DNA from: an uncultured Desulfobacter sp.
GTDB lineage: Bacteria; Desulfobacterota; Desulfobacteria; Desulfobacterales; Desulfobacteraceae
DNA length: 64,000 nt
Assembly (NCBI GenBank): GCA_963665095.1
Contig: OY762069.1
Span: 6,048,001-6,112,000 of the forward strand
Direction: 5' to 3'
Shown: positions 1-9,680 of the stretch, in pieces
Layout: every line of letters starts with the position of its first letter
How positions within the stretch are numbered: the stretch's first letter is position 1
Position numbers and translations under genes: made by a program
Notes under the pieces: generated by a model
The model's input: only the letters and a program-made list of their open reading frames with translations
The model's database searches: none
What the model was told of the DNA's origin: nothing

Positions 1-1
1 T

Positions 2-58
2 TACCCAGCTGTTAAGGCGGCAGGGATTACCCCGATAGAAGCTATGAATTCCAATTAA
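2..58 (+). CDS. 3' end of ABC permease (FtsX/LolE-like), truncated by window edge
   Basis: Reads YPAVKAAGITPIEAMNSN*, typical C-terminus of FtsX-family permeases, directly upstream of a LolD-like ATPase. Confidence 0.7.
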   Translation, partial: YPAVKAAGITPIEAMNSN

Positions 59-72
59 AGAGAGAAAACGCT

Positions 73-756
73 ATGAGTATGGTTGACGTTATTGAAGTCG
101 GAAAAACATATAAACAGGGCAAGGTGCTGGTCCAGGCTCTGGACAGTGTCTCCCTTTCCATCTCAAAAGGGGAGTTCACAGCCCTGGCCGGGCCTTCGGG
201 GTCTGGCAAGACCACGCTTCTCAACCTCATCGGCGGGCTGGACACCCCGTCCAGGGGAAAGATCATCCTGGATGATGAAGAGATTACCGGGGCTTCCCAG
301 TCCCGTCTGGCCGACATCCGTCTCAATAAAATCGGGTTTGTTTTCCAGGCATATAACATCATTCCCGTTTTATCGGCCCGGGAAAACGTGGAGTATGTCA
401 TGCTGATGCAGGGCGTTCCTGCCCGGCAGAGAAAGGAACGGGCCCGGGCCGTTCTGGATGATGTAGGTCTTGCCAACATGCACGACAGAAAGCCGTCCGA
501 GCTGTCCGGAGGCCAGCAGCAGCGCGTGGCAGTTGCCCGGGCCATTGTATCCAATCCGTCCATCGTTCTTGCGGATGAGCCGACGGCCAACCTGGATTCA
601 CAGACAGGCCAGGGGTTACTGGAAATGATGGCCCGGATGAATGAAGCGCGCAACGTCACCTTTATCTTCTCCACCCATGACCAGATGGTGATGGATTTCG
701 CCAAACGGATCATTCAGCTTAAAGACGGCGTGGTCACCCATGACCGGGAAAAATAG
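73..756 (+). CDS. ABC transporter ATP-binding protein (LolD/MacB-like)
   Basis: Walker A GPSGSGKT, signature LSGGQQQRVA, Walker B IVLADEPT, H-loop STHD. Confidence 0.95.
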   Translation: MSMVDVIEVGKTYKQGKVLVQALDSVSLSISKGEFTALAGPSGSGKTTLLNLIGGLDTPSRGKIILDDEEITGASQSRLADIRLNKIGFVFQAYNIIPVLSARENVEYVMLMQGVPARQRKERARAVLDDVGLANMHDRKPSELSGGQQQRVAVARAIVSNPSIVLADEPTANLDSQTGQGLLEMMARMNEARNVTFIFSTHDQMVMDFAKRIIQLKDGVVTHDREK

Positions 757-2077
757 AGACGCGGGAAAATGCACCGGCACCATGCCGGTAACGGCCCTGG
801 CCTGGGTCTGGCTTGCCTGCATCTGCCTGCTTGTTCCTGCTCCGCCGTCCCAGGGGACATGCCTGCCGGAAACCGAATGGGACGGCTATTTAAAACTCTA
901 CACCCGGGTGCTGTTTCCTGCATCTGAAAGCCCTTACGAGGCTGTGGGCCTGACGCCCAATTTTGACGGGTATTCTGAAATCCGACTCAATAATAAAACC
1001 TTTTTCAGCGACACCGTTTATATGGAGGTCAATTACGAAGCCCTGGCCGGGGGCGGCAATACCCGCAAAGACGGAGAAAAGCTTAAAAAGCGTTATCCCG
1101 ATCTGTACCCCAACGGTCTGTTCAGCCCCATTGAGGATGATCTTCGTCTGTTTGACCTGAGTTCCACCCTGCATGATGGGACGAATACGCTTGTTTATCA
1201 CCGCCTGGACCGGGCCTTTTTCTCGGTCTCCCCGTCCTGGGGAGAGATCCGCCTGGGCCGCCAGGCCGTGACCTGGGGCCATGGCTTTACCTTCAACCCC
1301 ATGGATCTTTTCAACCCCTTTGCCCCCACAGACCTGGAACGGGAATATAAAACCGGGGACGATATGGCCCTGGTCCACTTTCCCGTCAATACCGTGGATG
1401 CGGACCTGATCTATGCGGCCCACCGGGACCCGGACACAGGCGACACGGGCTTTGATCAAAGCTCGCTGGGAATGAAACTGCACACCTGTTTCAGCGGGGT
1501 GGAAACCGATTTTATGGCGGCCCGGCACTATGAAGATATCATCACCGGGATCGGTACCTGCGGCAATCTGAAAGATGCGGCCTTCCGGCTGGATGTCACC
1601 GGCACCTTCCTGGATGAAGTCAGCCAGGGCCGCTCTTTTTACCTGTCGGCCGTGGCCAATCTGGATTACTCCTGGATCTGGCAGGGTAAAAACTGGTACG
1701 GATACGTGGAGATCTATTACAATGGACTATCCAGAAACGACTATGCAGAATCTCTCGCCTCTGCTGCAGTGTCAGACCGCCTGGACCGGGGAGAGCTCTT
1801 TGCTCTGGGAAGATGGTACGCCAGCGCCAACCTTAACCTGGAGGCCCACCCCCTGGTAAATATTTACATCACCCCCATCGTCAACCTGCACGACGGCTCC
1901 GGCATATTCCTGCCAAGGGCCGTATATGAGGCATCAGACAACATTCGCATCACGCTGACAGCCACCCTGAACTGGGGCGGCAAAGGCAGCGAGTACGGCG
2001 GCTATGCCATCACCGGCACCCCATATTATGCCGTGCCGGCCAACACCATTGCAGCCTGGCTTACCTGGTATTTTTAA
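740..2077 (+). CDS. Predicted outer-membrane beta-barrel protein of the ABC/Lol-like cluster
   Basis: Signal-like N-terminus, GRQAVTWG motif, C-terminal aromatic WYF; true start may be slightly downstream. Confidence 0.7.
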   Translation: MTGKNRDAGKCTGTMPVTALAWVWLACICLLVPAPPSQGTCLPETEWDGYLKLYTRVLFPASESPYEAVGLTPNFDGYSEIRLNNKTFFSDTVYMEVNYEALAGGGNTRKDGEKLKKRYPDLYPNGLFSPIEDDLRLFDLSSTLHDGTNTLVYHRLDRAFFSVSPSWGEIRLGRQAVTWGHGFTFNPMDLFNPFAPTDLEREYKTGDDMALVHFPVNTVDADLIYAAHRDPDTGDTGFDQSSLGMKLHTCFSGVETDFMAARHYEDIITGIGTCGNLKDAAFRLDVTGTFLDEVSQGRSFYLSAVANLDYSWIWQGKNWYGYVEIYYNGLSRNDYAESLASAAVSDRLDRGELFALGRWYASANLNLEAHPLVNIYITPIVNLHDGSGIFLPRAVYEASDNIRITLTATLNWGGKGSEYGGYAITGTPYYAVPANTIAAWLTWYF

Positions 2078-2807
2078 AAATGCTCTCCTGAATCATTTTA
2101 TTGATGGTCCCGTTGAGCCTTAACTCAATGATCCTGTTATTCACTTCCGGAATATATTTGCGAAATTTGGATTTTTTTGAAAACCCGATAAAGAGCAGTT
2201 CTGAAGAGAGCGGCGTCGGCAGTATTTCAATCTTATCAAGGGCATCTGCTTTCCGGGCACCGACAATGCAGTCCTCCTTTGTATATATGCCATAATCAAT
2301 CTGCTGGGAAAGGGATAACATCCTGATCATATCCTTGAGCGCCGGCACCCTTTGAATGTTGAGTTTTTCTTTTGCAAAGGTATCAAACGCCTCACCCTGG
2401 CTGTCGCCTTTGATCATAATCCCCTTTTTTTCGATTAAATCCTCCCACGTTGAATAGGAAAAAGCTCTCCCCTTGGGCACAATCACCGCAGCCTGGACCT
2501 CATAATAGTGGGGCAGATAATCAATGAATTCCGTGCGCTCCTTTGTGTAAAAAAGTGTCAGTACCGCATCAATATCGCCGGTTTTCACCTCTTCAAGCGC
2601 ACGGACCCAAGGGATTATTTTTGTTTCCACCGGAACATTGAACTCCTGAAAGATCTTGGTGATCAGATCAACGGCCGGCCCGGCCAGATGATCACCCTCA
2701 GGCTGTGCATAGACAGACGGGGCTGCGGAAATTATCAGGCTGTCTCCTGCATGGGCAGGACTGCACAGCAGGAAAGAAAGCAAAAAGACTAATACTATTT
2801 TTTTCAT
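2061..2807 (-). CDS. Amino-acid ABC-type substrate-binding protein (SBP family 3)
   Basis: Signal peptide MKKIVLVFLLSFLLCSPAHA; PWVRALEEVKTGDIDA and TKERTE motifs; start reassigned from 2924 to 2807. Confidence 0.85.
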   Translation of the reverse strand: MKKIVLVFLLSFLLCSPAHAGDSLIISAAPSVYAQPEGDHLAGPAVDLITKIFQEFNVPVETKIIPWVRALEEVKTGDIDAVLTLFYTKERTEFIDYLPHYYEVQAAVIVPKGRAFSYSTWEDLIEKKGIMIKGDSQGEAFDTFAKEKLNIQRVPALKDMIRMLSLSQQIDYGIYTKEDCIVGARKADALDKIEILPTPLSSELLFIGFSKKSKFRKYIPEVNNRIIELRLNGTINKMIQESIFKNTR

Positions 2808-3083
2808 AACACTCATTTCCATTTGCTGGATTCCAGCATCATCAGCCGATTCAGGGACTCGGTAGGATAGCCGGAACAGACCGGGTTTTTGGGAGTAACG
2901 CCTTGCACTCCTGCATAACATCATCCGTCAATCGCCAAACTGTTGAGATAAGGAACATGAAGTGAACTAGGTGATTAAATAATTAATCCCACAGCAGATA
3001 AGGAGGTGTCAAGCTTTCATTTATTCAACTTTATCAGGTATTAAATGTACCTTTCAGCAGAAAGGCTCTGCCACATCATGTTG

Positions 3084-3270
3084 GTGCGCCACGAGAGCGC
3101 AGGATACCAGCGGATGGAAGTTCCGCCCGGGAAATTATCAGTTCATCCCGGTAGCGACCCCGACAGTGGGATAGTCAGACCTCCCTGCTGAAGCTCTGGG
3201 GACAGATGTAAGCCTATAGGGCTGCAGCAACCTGGCAAGATATATCATTCGAGCCTGTTGAGCGCTGAAG
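3084..3270 (+). ncRNA. Truncated group II intron 5' fragment (part of domain I)
   Basis: Starts GTGCG; followed by GCGGATGGAAGTTCCGC hairpin, CCGGG..CCCGG stem, GGTAGCGACCCC..GAAGCTCTGGGG and TTGAGCGCTGAA in domain I order; no RT ORF or domain V/VI seen. Confidence 0.55.
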
Positions 3271-3721
3271 CTTCACTGCGTGCCTCCCAGGAAAGACTGG
3301 TCTATATTCCGAACGTTTTAAGGCCTTTTAAAACTGAGCCTGTGACGGTTATTTCTTTCAGGGATAACATATACAAAATTTTTTATATCACGGACCTCTT
3401 TCTGGTTTTCTAAAAAAATTGGATGCCATATGGCATTCATTGTTGTTATTGAAAGTTACCATCAGATACCATGTCGTAATGATTCCCGATGCACTTGTAA
3501 TATGCGCTTGCTTTAGGGGTACGCGGCTGATAAACATCATGATTACGTGCTGTCACTTAAGGCATAAAGACAGCTGCAAACCTGTTTTGCATACCGGCAG
3601 ATGACAGGTTTAAAAATCGCACTGGCGATGGATATTCCAAAAAAAACCGTATTGTTGCGGGTAATTACATCATGTTCACCCACATGCAGACTCAAACCAG
3701 AATATGAAAGGTAGAAATGAC

Positions 3722-4375
3722 ATGACCACTGACAATCCCTATGCAGATAAAGAAAAAGACTATGAGACTGCCATTGCCATGGATAAAATTGCCAAAGGTA
3801 TATTTGCCCCGGTTTACCCGCTTTTGGCTGAACAGATCGTTGAGGCCCACGGTATTACCCGGGGCATCTGTGTTGAAATCGGTACAGGTCCCGGTCCTTT
3901 GGCCATTGCCCTGGCCAAAATCACGGATCTGGAAATATATGCCCTGGATCAGTCCGAGCATGTGGTGGGATTTGCCAAGGATAACGCGGCAGAGCAGGGG
4001 GTGGCGGACCAGATCAATTTTATCAGGGAAGATGTGGTTTCCATGCCGTTTGAGGATGACTATGCTGATCTGATCGTCTCCCGGGGGTCTCTTTTTTTCT
4101 GGCAGGATTTAACTGCGGCATTCAATGAGATTTTCCGGATTCTTAAACCCGGTGGGAAAACCCATATCGGCGGTGGATTCGGCAATAAAGAGGTTAAAAA
4201 TAAGATCTTTGAGGCCATGGCAAAAAAGGATGGCAATTTTGCCAAGAAAGTCGGCGGTCGGATGGGGCCTGAAAATCTGGCCCGGTTCAAAGCGGCGCTG
4301 GGTGACTCCCTGGTGGATAAATACGAGATCAGTCAAACGGATGCAGGGTTGTGGATTTACATTTCAAAATCATAA
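3722..4375 (+). CDS. Class I SAM-dependent methyltransferase
   Basis: VEIGTGPG glycine motif, MPFEDDYADLIVS, RILKPGG; start 3704 or 3722. Confidence 0.9.
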   Translation: MTTDNPYADKEKDYETAIAMDKIAKGIFAPVYPLLAEQIVEAHGITRGICVEIGTGPGPLAIALAKITDLEIYALDQSEHVVGFAKDNAAEQGVADQINFIREDVVSMPFEDDYADLIVSRGSLFFWQDLTAAFNEIFRILKPGGKTHIGGGFGNKEVKNKIFEAMAKKDGNFAKKVGGRMGPENLARFKAALGDSLVDKYEISQTDAGLWIYISKS

Positions 4376-4392
4376 GCAGGAGTACTGAAAAA

Positions 4393-5490
4393 ATGAATTT
4401 TACTGGCCTTTGCCGTGTGCTTTTTACTTTGTGTATGCTGCTTGTTGTCCTGGTCTTGCCCGTCCAGGGCCAGGAAAAGACCCGGACCATCATCGACAAT
4501 GCCGGGCGAAGCGTAACCGTTCCCGAACAGGTCAAACGCATTGCCTGTCTTCCCGGGCCCAGCTATGAAATGGTGTTCATGCTGGGGGGAAAAGACCAGA
4601 TCTGTCAGGTGAGAAAAGACCATAAAACAGCCTATCCCCTGGCAAACCTGACCAATCCGGACCTTGCCGGTTACTCCTCCTCCCTGTCCAACATCAATCC
4701 TAAAGCCCGGATCAATATTGAGGAGTTTCTGCGGATCGCCCCGGATGTGGTGATTTATTACAATGTGCCCCATGCCCTTGCAAAATTTAAGGAGGCTGAA
4801 ATTCCGGTGTTTGTGTATCAGCCGGCCAGCCAGTCCCAGGATCTTGATGCCATTGTGGGCGAGGAGAAACGGTCCATGAAGTCTCTGGCCTCCCTTATTG
4901 GCGGCAAGGCGCCTGAAAAAGCGGATAAATGGTGCGGCTATTATGATAAGGTCCGCGGACTTCTTAAGGAGCGCACAAAGGATATTCCTGTTGCAGACCG
5001 CCCCCGGGTGTATATCGGCAACTCCTGGGGCACCAACCCTCTGGCCACCTGGAGCAAGGCATCTCTGACCTTTGCCGCAGATCTGTGCGGCGCAGTTAAT
5101 GTGACCCGCAAGATCAAGGGGGCGCGCTTTCCTGAGATCAACCTGGAACAGCTGATTGCATGGAACCCGGATGTGATCATCATGGACAACCATGGCCGGG
5201 AGCCTGACAGGCTGATCCGCGATATTTATAAGGATAAGAGCTGGCAGTCCATAACAGCTGTAAAAAATAAAAGGGTGTACCGCATTCCCTCCGGGGTTTT
5301 TTTCCTGGATAAAGGGACATCCAGGCCGGTGTATCTGCTGTGGCTGGCCAAACAGCTTCATCCGGATAGATTTAACGACATAGATATGGTTAAGGAGATG
5401 CAGGCCTATTTTAAGACTTTTTACGACTTTGACCTGTCACCGGAGCAGGCCCGTCACGCTCTGCGGGGCTGGGATCTGCTGAAAGGCTGA
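4393..5490 (+). CDS. Iron/corrinoid-type ABC substrate-binding protein (TroA/BtuF-like)
   Basis: IDNAGRSVTVP, INLEQLIAWNPDVII, AVKNKRVY motifs; signal peptide from Met at 4393. Confidence 0.9.
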   Translation: MNFTGLCRVLFTLCMLLVVLVLPVQGQEKTRTIIDNAGRSVTVPEQVKRIACLPGPSYEMVFMLGGKDQICQVRKDHKTAYPLANLTNPDLAGYSSSLSNINPKARINIEEFLRIAPDVVIYYNVPHALAKFKEAEIPVFVYQPASQSQDLDAIVGEEKRSMKSLASLIGGKAPEKADKWCGYYDKVRGLLKERTKDIPVADRPRVYIGNSWGTNPLATWSKASLTFAADLCGAVNVTRKIKGARFPEINLEQLIAWNPDVIIMDNHGREPDRLIRDIYKDKSWQSITAVKNKRVYRIPSGVFFLDKGTSRPVYLLWLAKQLHPDRFNDIDMVKEMQAYFKTFYDFDLSPEQARHALRGWDLLKG

Positions 5491-5497
5491 GAACATT

Positions 5498-6505
5498 TTG
5501 ATCAAACAGCGTTATCTTGTCATGGCAGGACTGCCCCTGGCGGTATTTTTTGTCTCCCTGTTTCTGGGCCGGCTGTTCATTGATCCTGTCGTCTTACTCA
5601 AGGTTCTGGGGGCCAAGCTGCTGTGTCTGCCCATTGAAAAAACCTGGACCGATGCCGTGGAGATCGTGGTGATCCGCATCCGTCTGCCAAGGGCGCTCAT
5701 GGCCATGATGGTGGGGTCCGGCCTGTCGATTTCAGGCGCCGCCTTCCAGGGCATGTTTAACAATCCTCTGGTAAGCCCCTATCTTTTGGGCGTGTCGTCA
5801 GGTGCAGGCTTTGGTGCGGCTTTGGGTATTCTCATAGGCGAAAGTGCGGGCTTAATCCAGGTCTCTTCCTTTCTGTTCGGGACCCTGGCCGTGATGCTCA
5901 CCTATCTTATCTCCAGGGTGTATAAAACCACTCCGCTGCTCATGCTGGTGCTTTCCGGGGTCATTGTCTCCTCTTTATTCATGTCTTTGATCTCCCTGGT
6001 GAAGTTTGTTGCCGACCCGGATGAAAAGCTTCCGGCCATTATTTTCTGGATCATGGGCAGCTTTGCGTCCACCCGGCTGGAGGATCTTTTGATTACCTTT
6101 GTTCCCATCTGTGCCGGCACCGTGGGGTTGCTGCTGGTCAGATGGCGTATTAATCTGATGTCCATGGGGGACAAGGAGGCCCGGGCCATGGGGACCCGGG
6201 TGGAGCTGCTCAAGGGACTTATTATTGTCTGCACCACTTTGATTTCCGCTGCGGCCGTGTCCGTGTGCGGGATCATCGGATGGGTGGGGCTGGTGATTCC
6301 CCACATCTGCCGGATGTGGGTGGGGCCGGACCACCGGGCGCTTTTGCCGGCCACCATCATGGTGGGGGCCTCCTATCTGCTGATCATTGATAATGTGGCA
6401 AGGACGCTGACGGCCAGTGAGATTCCCTTAGGTATTTTAACCTCAATCATCGGGGCGCCGTTTTTTGCGTACCTGTTAAGGCGCAGCAAAGGGTCTCTTT
6501 TTTAA
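5498..6505 (+). CDS. FecCD/BtuC-family ABC permease
   Basis: IRLPR, NPLVSPYLLGVSSGA, IGWVGLVIPH, EIPLGILT motifs. Confidence 0.95.
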   Translation: MIKQRYLVMAGLPLAVFFVSLFLGRLFIDPVVLLKVLGAKLLCLPIEKTWTDAVEIVVIRIRLPRALMAMMVGSGLSISGAAFQGMFNNPLVSPYLLGVSSGAGFGAALGILIGESAGLIQVSSFLFGTLAVMLTYLISRVYKTTPLLMLVLSGVIVSSLFMSLISLVKFVADPDEKLPAIIFWIMGSFASTRLEDLLITFVPICAGTVGLLLVRWRINLMSMGDKEARAMGTRVELLKGLIIVCTTLISAAAVSVCGIIGWVGLVIPHICRMWVGPDHRALLPATIMVGASYLLIIDNVARTLTASEIPLGILTSIIGAPFFAYLLRRSKGSLF

Positions 6506-6508
6506 CTT

Positions 6509-7324
6509 ATGGAAACCATCATCGACATATCTGATGCCGCCTTTGCCTACAATGGACAACCGGTGTGGCAGAATCTGAACCTGAGCGTCAGAAAAGGGGA
6601 GCTTTTATGCCTTTTAGGGGCCAACGGCTGCGGTAAGACCACACTGCTCAACTGCATCCACGGCGACTTAAGGCTTGAAAAGGGGTGTATCCGGATAAAA
6701 GGCGAACCCATTGAGCGGATGCCTGGGATTTCCATTGCCCGGCAGATCGGCATGGTGTTCCAGGAACATACCACCTCTTTTCCTTATTCCGTGCTGGATG
6801 TGGTTCTCATGGGAAGGGGGCCGCATTTGTCTATGTTTGAGACCCCGTCCAAAAAGGACCGGGACATTGCTTTGACCTCTCTTAAGGATATGGGGATACT
6901 CGGGCTTAAGGATAAAAAGTTCACCCAGATCAGCGGCGGTGAAAAACAGCTGGTACTCATTGCCCGGACCCTGGCCCAGCAGCCCGAAGTGATTCTCATG
7001 GACGAGCCCACCTCCTCCCTGGACTTTAAAAACCAGGCCCTGGTGTTGTCCATCATCAGAAATTTGACCCGGATTGGGCTCACCATCATCATGACCTCCC
7101 ATTTCCCCAACCATGCGCTGTTATGCGCCGACCGGGTGGCGTTGATGAACAGGGGCTCCCTTGTGGGAATCGGGGAGACCCACAGCATCATGACCGAAGA
7201 AAATCTTGAAAAGACCTATGAGATCGGGGTGAAAATTTTAACCGTGGATGACCCGGAAGGGCGCGGTATGGTAAGGTTTTGCATGCCCTGTGTAGCGGAA
7301 GAATCCAAAGGACCTGACATATGA
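6509..7324 (+). CDS. FecE/BtuD-family ABC ATP-binding protein
   Basis: GANGCGKT, ISGGEKQ, ILMDEPT. Confidence 0.95.
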   Translation: METIIDISDAAFAYNGQPVWQNLNLSVRKGELLCLLGANGCGKTTLLNCIHGDLRLEKGCIRIKGEPIERMPGISIARQIGMVFQEHTTSFPYSVLDVVLMGRGPHLSMFETPSKKDRDIALTSLKDMGILGLKDKKFTQISGGEKQLVLIARTLAQQPEVILMDEPTSSLDFKNQALVLSIIRNLTRIGLTIIMTSHFPNHALLCADRVALMNRGSLVGIGETHSIMTEENLEKTYEIGVKILTVDDPEGRGMVRFCMPCVAEESKGPDI

Positions 7325-9069
7325 AATGTGACATTTGTGAAATCGGATGCCGGATTGAAGAGGGCGGTTCTGGCCGCTGTAAGATGTATACCTGCGAAAA
7401 CAATCAGATTGTCGAGTCTTTTCCAGGTCAGTTTTCCACCCTGTTTCCCATCTCCATTGAGACCGTACCCACCCTGCATTTTTATCCAAATCATAAATTT
7501 TTGCAGGTCTCGTCCATTGGCTGCAGCTTTACCTGCCCCGGCTGTATTTCTGAGATTCTGGTCACCGGCACCCAAACCCTTTCGGCAACGCTGAAAACCG
7601 TACCTGCCGAAAAGGTGATTGCAAAAGCCCTGAATGAAGGCTGTATCGGTATTGTTTTCTGCTTGAACGATCCAACGGTTTCCTTTTTTACGTTTTTAAA
7701 TCTGGCAAAAAAAGCCTGTGAAAAAGGGCTGAAAGTCGGGTTTTCAAGTAACGGCTATATGACCCTTAAGGCCCTGGATCAGCTCATGCCCTATATTGAT
7801 TTTGCCAATATCGGCCTCAAGGGGTATTCCGACAGGGCGTACAGGGCCTGTGGCGCACCTTCATCCAAACCTGTGTTCCGGAACATCCAATATCTTTTTG
7901 AAAACAAGATCCATGTGGAGGTGGCAGCCATCCATATGAAAGGATATGAGGATGAAATCCGGCAGGTGGCAGACTTTACCGCATCCCTATCCAGGGATCT
8001 TCCGCTCCAGGTCATGCGGTTTGTTCCCTTTGGGGAAGCTGACATCGACCGGGAGCCCACCATCCGGGAATCCGAAGCCCTTTGCAGTGAACTTGGAAAG
8101 GATCTGAACTATGTTTACCTTTTCAATTCCCCCGGGGCGGACAAACTTGACACCATCTGCCCGGATTGCGGGGCCACCCTGATTTCCCGGGAGTTTTACG
8201 GACCCATGGGGGCAAGAAATACCAGTGCCCTGGAGGAGATCCTGTCGGATACCCAATGCCGGTGCGGGACCCGGCCTGCCATTGTGGGCACCTATGGGAA
8301 GAAACGGTATGACGAACACGGGTTTTTCGGCGGATACCGCACCACCCGGGCCTTTGAAATGCTGCATGCTGTCATGGTCAGCATCGGGGCGGATGATCCT
8401 GTAAAGGTCTCATCTCTCTGGCTCGATCTTGTCCGGACCAATTATCTCAAGGAGTTCCACGAAACGGTCCAGCTGCCCGAAGCGTATGGCGGCATCATAG
8501 ACCGGCTGGCCCAAAAGACAGGAAAAACAGAGAACGGCAACCGGCTGAAAAACTATATCAATGAACGGCTTGAATTCATCTCCTCCCGGACCCGGGATGT
8601 TGAACGGCCAAAGGTCTACTATGCCATGGGGTATCCGCTGTTTGCGCTCAATGCCGAGCGTTTTGAGACCAACCTGGTCCAGGCCGCAGGCGGACTGAGC
8701 CTGAACAAGACTCTGATCCGCAAAGGCAAACCCGGCATCACCATCACAAAAGAGGAGTTCATGGAACTGGACCCGGAAGTTATTTTTATCTCCGGGTTTT
8801 TATCGTGTCCTGCATCGGACTTCTATGATTACTGCATCAGCCATGACCTCGATGTTCCTGCCGTCCGGAACAACCGGATTTACGACCATTTTCCTTTGTG
8901 GGATTTCGGAAGTCCCAGATGGATACTGGGATTGATGTATATTGCCAATACCCTGCATCCGGAGCTCTTTGATTTTGACATGGAACAGGAGGCGGATGCC
9001 TTTTATCAAACCTTTTTTAACACCCCCTTTGAGGCGAAAAAGGCCAACCGCTCCTTTTACAGAGTGTAG
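7321..9069 (+). CDS. Radical SAM protein (AmmeMemoRadiSam/PFL-AE-like) fused to a C-terminal TroA-like substrate-binding domain
   Basis: N-terminal CDICEIGC..C; radical SAM motif CSFTCPGC; CPDC and CRC; C-terminus PEVIFI..AVRNNRIY..LHPELF resembles the upstream binding protein; no signal peptide. Confidence 0.8.
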   Translation: MKCDICEIGCRIEEGGSGRCKMYTCENNQIVESFPGQFSTLFPISIETVPTLHFYPNHKFLQVSSIGCSFTCPGCISEILVTGTQTLSATLKTVPAEKVIAKALNEGCIGIVFCLNDPTVSFFTFLNLAKKACEKGLKVGFSSNGYMTLKALDQLMPYIDFANIGLKGYSDRAYRACGAPSSKPVFRNIQYLFENKIHVEVAAIHMKGYEDEIRQVADFTASLSRDLPLQVMRFVPFGEADIDREPTIRESEALCSELGKDLNYVYLFNSPGADKLDTICPDCGATLISREFYGPMGARNTSALEEILSDTQCRCGTRPAIVGTYGKKRYDEHGFFGGYRTTRAFEMLHAVMVSIGADDPVKVSSLWLDLVRTNYLKEFHETVQLPEAYGGIIDRLAQKTGKTENGNRLKNYINERLEFISSRTRDVERPKVYYAMGYPLFALNAERFETNLVQAAGGLSLNKTLIRKGKPGITITKEEFMELDPEVIFISGFLSCPASDFYDYCISHDLDVPAVRNNRIYDHFPLWDFGSPRWILGLMYIANTLHPELFDFDMEQEADAFYQTFFNTPFEAKKANRSFYRV

Positions 9070-9114
9070 ATCAAACTATCGTTTGTGGAGCCGGCCGACG
9101 CTTTGACCGGGGGC

Positions 9115-9680
9115 TTATTTGCCTGCGGCAGATTTTCCTTTTTGTTCATCCACCGTGGATAAAATAATGCCGCCGACAATGATATTGGATATCTGGATGG
9201 TGGTTTTTCCTCCCAGCTTGTCGTCAAAAATCCCCATGATCAGCGCCCCTGTGCCGACTGCCACATTAAGAACAATGCCGAATATCATGATCTCTTTAAC
9301 CGTAAACCCAAAAGTGCCTGCCGCATAGATGCCGCCAAAGGCGAAAATTGTGACAAGCCCGTCATTATAAATCATTCTGGCCACAAGCAGCTTGACGATT
9401 TCCCGGTAAGACTGAATGTCTTTAAACGTTGTGCCAAGATCTGCAAACGCGTCTCGTACAATGGTGATCTTCTCTATGGAGTTGGTTCTATCTTTGGACC
9501 TGGATTTCACAAACAGAAATAACGGGATGGAAAAAAGGCTGTACCAAAGCGCCACTAAAAGGCAGGTGGCCCGGATATTTGCCCCGGTTTCCTATCCTTC
9601 ACCGGCGCGGCCATGTCCTTGTAAAGGGCAAGACAGCGCCGGTGCTGATTTACGGGGTTTCCGCCGGACCCGGCCGCTTT
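9115..9680 (-). pseudogene. Internally deleted MFS transporter remnant (UMF1/ATG22-like)
   Basis: LVARMIYNDGLVTIFAFGGIYA and DDKLGGK segments joined directly to a C-terminal IILSTVDE; only ~150 aa left. Confidence 0.75.

Noticed and set aside
42..713. 223-aa antisense ORF, and similar shadow ORFs such as 4357-5361 and 53507-54250
   Set aside because: They lie opposite clearly recognisable genes and have no motifs
3400..3700. Possible riboswitch or NikR/Fur site upstream of the methyltransferase-ABC operon
   Set aside because: No B12-box or other riboswitch core; only weak GTTAC/GTAAT half-sites
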